Assembly: GCA_963828255.1 (NCBI GenBank)
Contig: CAWHDZ010000039.1
Location: 1 to 16,249, forward strand
Origin: an uncultured delta proteobacterium
GTDB taxonomy: Bacteria; Myxococcota; Myxococcia; Myxococcales; Anaeromyxobacteraceae
DNA: 16,249 nt
Direction: 5' to 3'
This document shows, one piece after another, positions 13,898 to 16,249 of this stretch. A program made the translations under genes and the position numbers. The notes beneath the pieces are model-generated. The model made no database searches, was not told the origin of the DNA, and worked only from the letters and a program-made list of their open reading frames with translations. Numbering within the stretch: the first letter of the stretch is position 1; each line of letters starts with the position of its first letter.

Positions 13898-16247
13898 CCG
13901 GAGCCTGCTCCTCGCCGCCCTCGTGGCAGTCGCCTCGCCGGCGCTCGCCGGTGGGCCGCTCATCGTCGACAACGTCTCGGGAAAGCCCTGGCGGTACGCC
14001 CCGGGCGCCGTCGTCCCGGTCTACACCGACCTGGGCGACTACTCCTTCCAGACCGACTGGTGGGTCGACCCCCCAGGGAGCTACGTCTTCTCGAACGATG
14101 TGGGCGTGGCCCAGGTGAAGAAGGGCTTCGCCGACTGGTCGGCCGTGCCCACCTCTTCGTTCCGCGCCGCGGTCGTCGGCGATTTCGCCGGCATCGGCCT
14201 CCCCGACATCACCGGCCAGAACGCCGACCTCGTCATCGGTGCCTTCAACGGAGGCGGCATCCACGTCATCTTCGACGCCGACGGGACGATCTTCTCCGAG
14301 TTCTTCGGGGTGAGCCCGTACGTCCTCGGGATCTCGACCCCGGAGTACGGCGACGAGACCACCAACTTCGTCACCGAGAGCTGGACGCTGCTCAACGGGC
14401 AGGCGATGTACACCGACGATCCCGACGCGGCCCACTACCAGGGCGTCGCCACCCACGAGTTCGGCCACGGCATCGGCCTGGCCCACACCCAGACCAACGG
14501 GGCCGCCTTCTTCTACGGGCAGTACGCCGGCGAGCCGGCCGGTCCGCAGAGCTGCACGTCGCTGCCGTACCGGAGCGACGTGGGCCCACTCGACGTCGAG
14601 ACGATGTACCCCTTCGCCGACCCCTGGCCGGGCTCCGACGTCGGGCTCGGCATGGCCCACATCCACAGCACCGACGACCAGGCTGCCCTCTCCGACCTCT
14701 ACCCGGGTCCGGGCTGGCCGACCGCCACCGGCTCCATCACCGGCAAGGTCCTCGGGCTCGACCGGCGCACCGAGCTCACCGGCGTGAACGTCATCGCCCG
14801 CAACCTCGACGATCCGTTCACCGACGCCAACTCCGCCCTCTCCGGGCAATGGACGCAGGGGCACTTCGGACCCGACGGCTCCTACACCCTGAACGGCCTC
14901 AAGCCGGGCGCCCGCTACGTGGTCTACGTCGACGCGGTCGTCGCCGGCGGCTTCCCCACGCAGCCCATGTGGTTCCTCCCGGGGAGCGAGCGGTTCTGGG
15001 ACGGCTCGACCCGCAAGCGCGAGGACAACCGGCCGTTCGATCCCTGCGCCTACCAGGTGATCGTCCCGAAGGCGGGCGCCCCCGTCCGGGCCGACCTCGT
15101 CTTCGAGCGGCGCAGGGACGCGCCGGTGGTGATCTCCCTCGACTACGCCGCCGGCCCCTCGAGCATGACGGGTGACGGCAAGACCGTGGTCGGGAACTAC
15201 GGCCGCGGCGGGCCGGCCTTCCGGTGGACCGAGAAGACCGGCATCACCTCGCTGGGCGTGGACACCACCGGCGAGATCACCAGCATCTCGAGGAACGGGA
15301 AGTACATCTCGACGAACGTCCTCGACGCCGCGACCGACACCGATCTCGGCACCTGGCGCTGGGACGCGAGGAACGGCTGGCTGCTCGTCGAACCGACGGG
15401 CAACTGCGACACCTACTCGACGGCCAACTTCGGCGTGGCCAACGACGGCGCCGTCTATGGCCTCACCTTCAACTCCTGCACCGACTACAAGGGCTTCCGC
15501 TGGAGCCCCGGCCAGGGAACGCGGATCCTCCCCTCGGCCGGCACGGCTCCGGACGGCTCCCCGGCGAACGGCCGGCCCACCCAGATCTCCGCCGACGGCA
15601 CCACGCTGGCCGGCTGGGAGGAGGAGGGTGGCGGCGGGCGCGTGGCCACGGTCTGGGTGAACGGGAAGCCTTCCCGCATCACCCAGGCGGACGGAAGCAT
15701 GCTGGACGAGGGCCAGGCGGTGAGCGGCGACGGCAAGATCGTCTCCGGCAGGACATACTGGGGCCTTCCCAACGAGGGGCTCGGCTGGCGGAAGCGCATC
15801 GACCGGCCCGGCATCGAGTACTACGCGTCCTACTCCCCGGAGGCGGCCCCTGTGGACGCCTACACGATGAACCGGGACGGCAGCGTCATGGCCGGCTTCG
15901 CGGGCAACCCCTGGTTCTCCATGGTCCGCGGCCCATTCCTCTGGACGAAGGCCATGGGCACGGTCGACCTCGACGCCTTCCTGAAGCGCCAGGGCGCCTC
16001 CATGGACCAGTACGTCTCGCTCTGGAGCCCGATGGCGATGTCGGACGACGGCACCGTCCTCACCGGCTGGGGCATCGGCTTCCAGTATTACGCCGGCTGG
16101 GTCGTCCAGATGCCCAAGGTCTTCGTCTGCCACCTCGAGAAGCACGAGCGCGGCAGCGGACACACCATCAGCGTCGACTTCCCGAAGGGCTCGGACGAGC
16201 ACCTCCTGCACGGCGACGCGCTGGGGCCCTGCCCCGACCACAGGTAG
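13884..16247 (+). CDS. Secreted metzincin (matrixin/M10-like) Zn metalloprotease with an Ig/carboxypeptidase-regulatory-like domain, seven beta-propeller-type repeats and a C-terminal Cys/His motif, 787 aa
   Basis: GGAGG RBS (13872-13876) and a 14-nt overlap with the upstream gene. Signal peptide ending ASPALA. HEFGHGIGLAH (14454-14486), Met-turn ETMYP (Met at 14604), DDQAALSDLYP, then GSITGKV...GSYTLNGLKPGARYVVYV and repeated (I/M/V)SxDGxxxxG units. Confidence 0.88.
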   Translation: MRIASRSLLLAALVAVASPALAGGPLIVDNVSGKPWRYAPGAVVPVYTDLGDYSFQTDWWVDPPGSYVFSNDVGVAQVKKGFADWSAVPTSSFRAAVVGDFAGIGLPDITGQNADLVIGAFNGGGIHVIFDADGTIFSEFFGVSPYVLGISTPEYGDETTNFVTESWTLLNGQAMYTDDPDAAHYQGVATHEFGHGIGLAHTQTNGAAFFYGQYAGEPAGPQSCTSLPYRSDVGPLDVETMYPFADPWPGSDVGLGMAHIHSTDDQAALSDLYPGPGWPTATGSITGKVLGLDRRTELTGVNVIARNLDDPFTDANSALSGQWTQGHFGPDGSYTLNGLKPGARYVVYVDAVVAGGFPTQPMWFLPGSERFWDGSTRKREDNRPFDPCAYQVIVPKAGAPVRADLVFERRRDAPVVISLDYAAGPSSMTGDGKTVVGNYGRGGPAFRWTEKTGITSLGVDTTGEITSISRNGKYISTNVLDAATDTDLGTWRWDARNGWLLVEPTGNCDTYSTANFGVANDGAVYGLTFNSCTDYKGFRWSPGQGTRILPSAGTAPDGSPANGRPTQISADGTTLAGWEEEGGGGRVATVWVNGKPSRITQADGSMLDEGQAVSGDGKIVSGRTYWGLPNEGLGWRKRIDRPGIEYYASYSPEAAPVDAYTMNRDGSVMAGFAGNPWFSMVRGPFLWTKAMGTVDLDAFLKRQGASMDQYVSLWSPMAMSDDGTVLTGWGIGFQYYAGWVVQMPKVFVCHLEKHERGSGHTISVDFPKGSDEHLLHGDALGPCPDHR
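15165..16109 (+). repeat. Seven degenerate protein-level repeats (probable beta-propeller blades)
   Basis: MTGDGKTVVG..AFRWT; ISRNGKYIS..TWRWD; VANDGAVYG..GFRWS; ISADGTTLAG..ATVWV; VSGDGKIVSG..GWRKR; MNRDGSVMAG..PFLWT; MSDDGTVLTG..GWVVQ. Confidence 0.7.
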
Positions 16248-16249
16248 CA

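Overview
High-GC, gene-dense bacterial window (Myxococcota/Anaeromyxobacter-like is an impression from composition and gene content, not demonstrated). From left to right: the 5' part of a minus-strand hypothetical gene that the ORF track misses; a TRAP transporter operon (Tat-exported dctP, dctQ, dctM with a large insertion) coupled to a Rossmann/SAF-domain oxidoreductase; a convergent DUF475 (TerC-like) plus AEC-family transporter pair; a SAM methyltransferase; a Cys-rich 4Fe-4S protein; and a compact candidate sensing-and-secretion module. That module has a membrane-anchored one-component sigma54 activator (signal peptide, extracytoplasmic sensor, TM, PAS, AAA+, HTH). It is followed by a sigma54 promoter with enhancer-like repeats, an IHF-like site and a canonical -24/-12 box, upstream of an ABM-fold protein, a secreted protein with a TIMP/NTR-like N-terminus, and a secreted matrixin-like Zn protease with seven propeller-type repeats and a C-terminal Cys/His motif. 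Several starts in the ORF track are over-extended and are corrected here. Family assignments come from motif recognition only, as no searches were run. No RNA genes, CRISPR arrays or mobile elements were seen.
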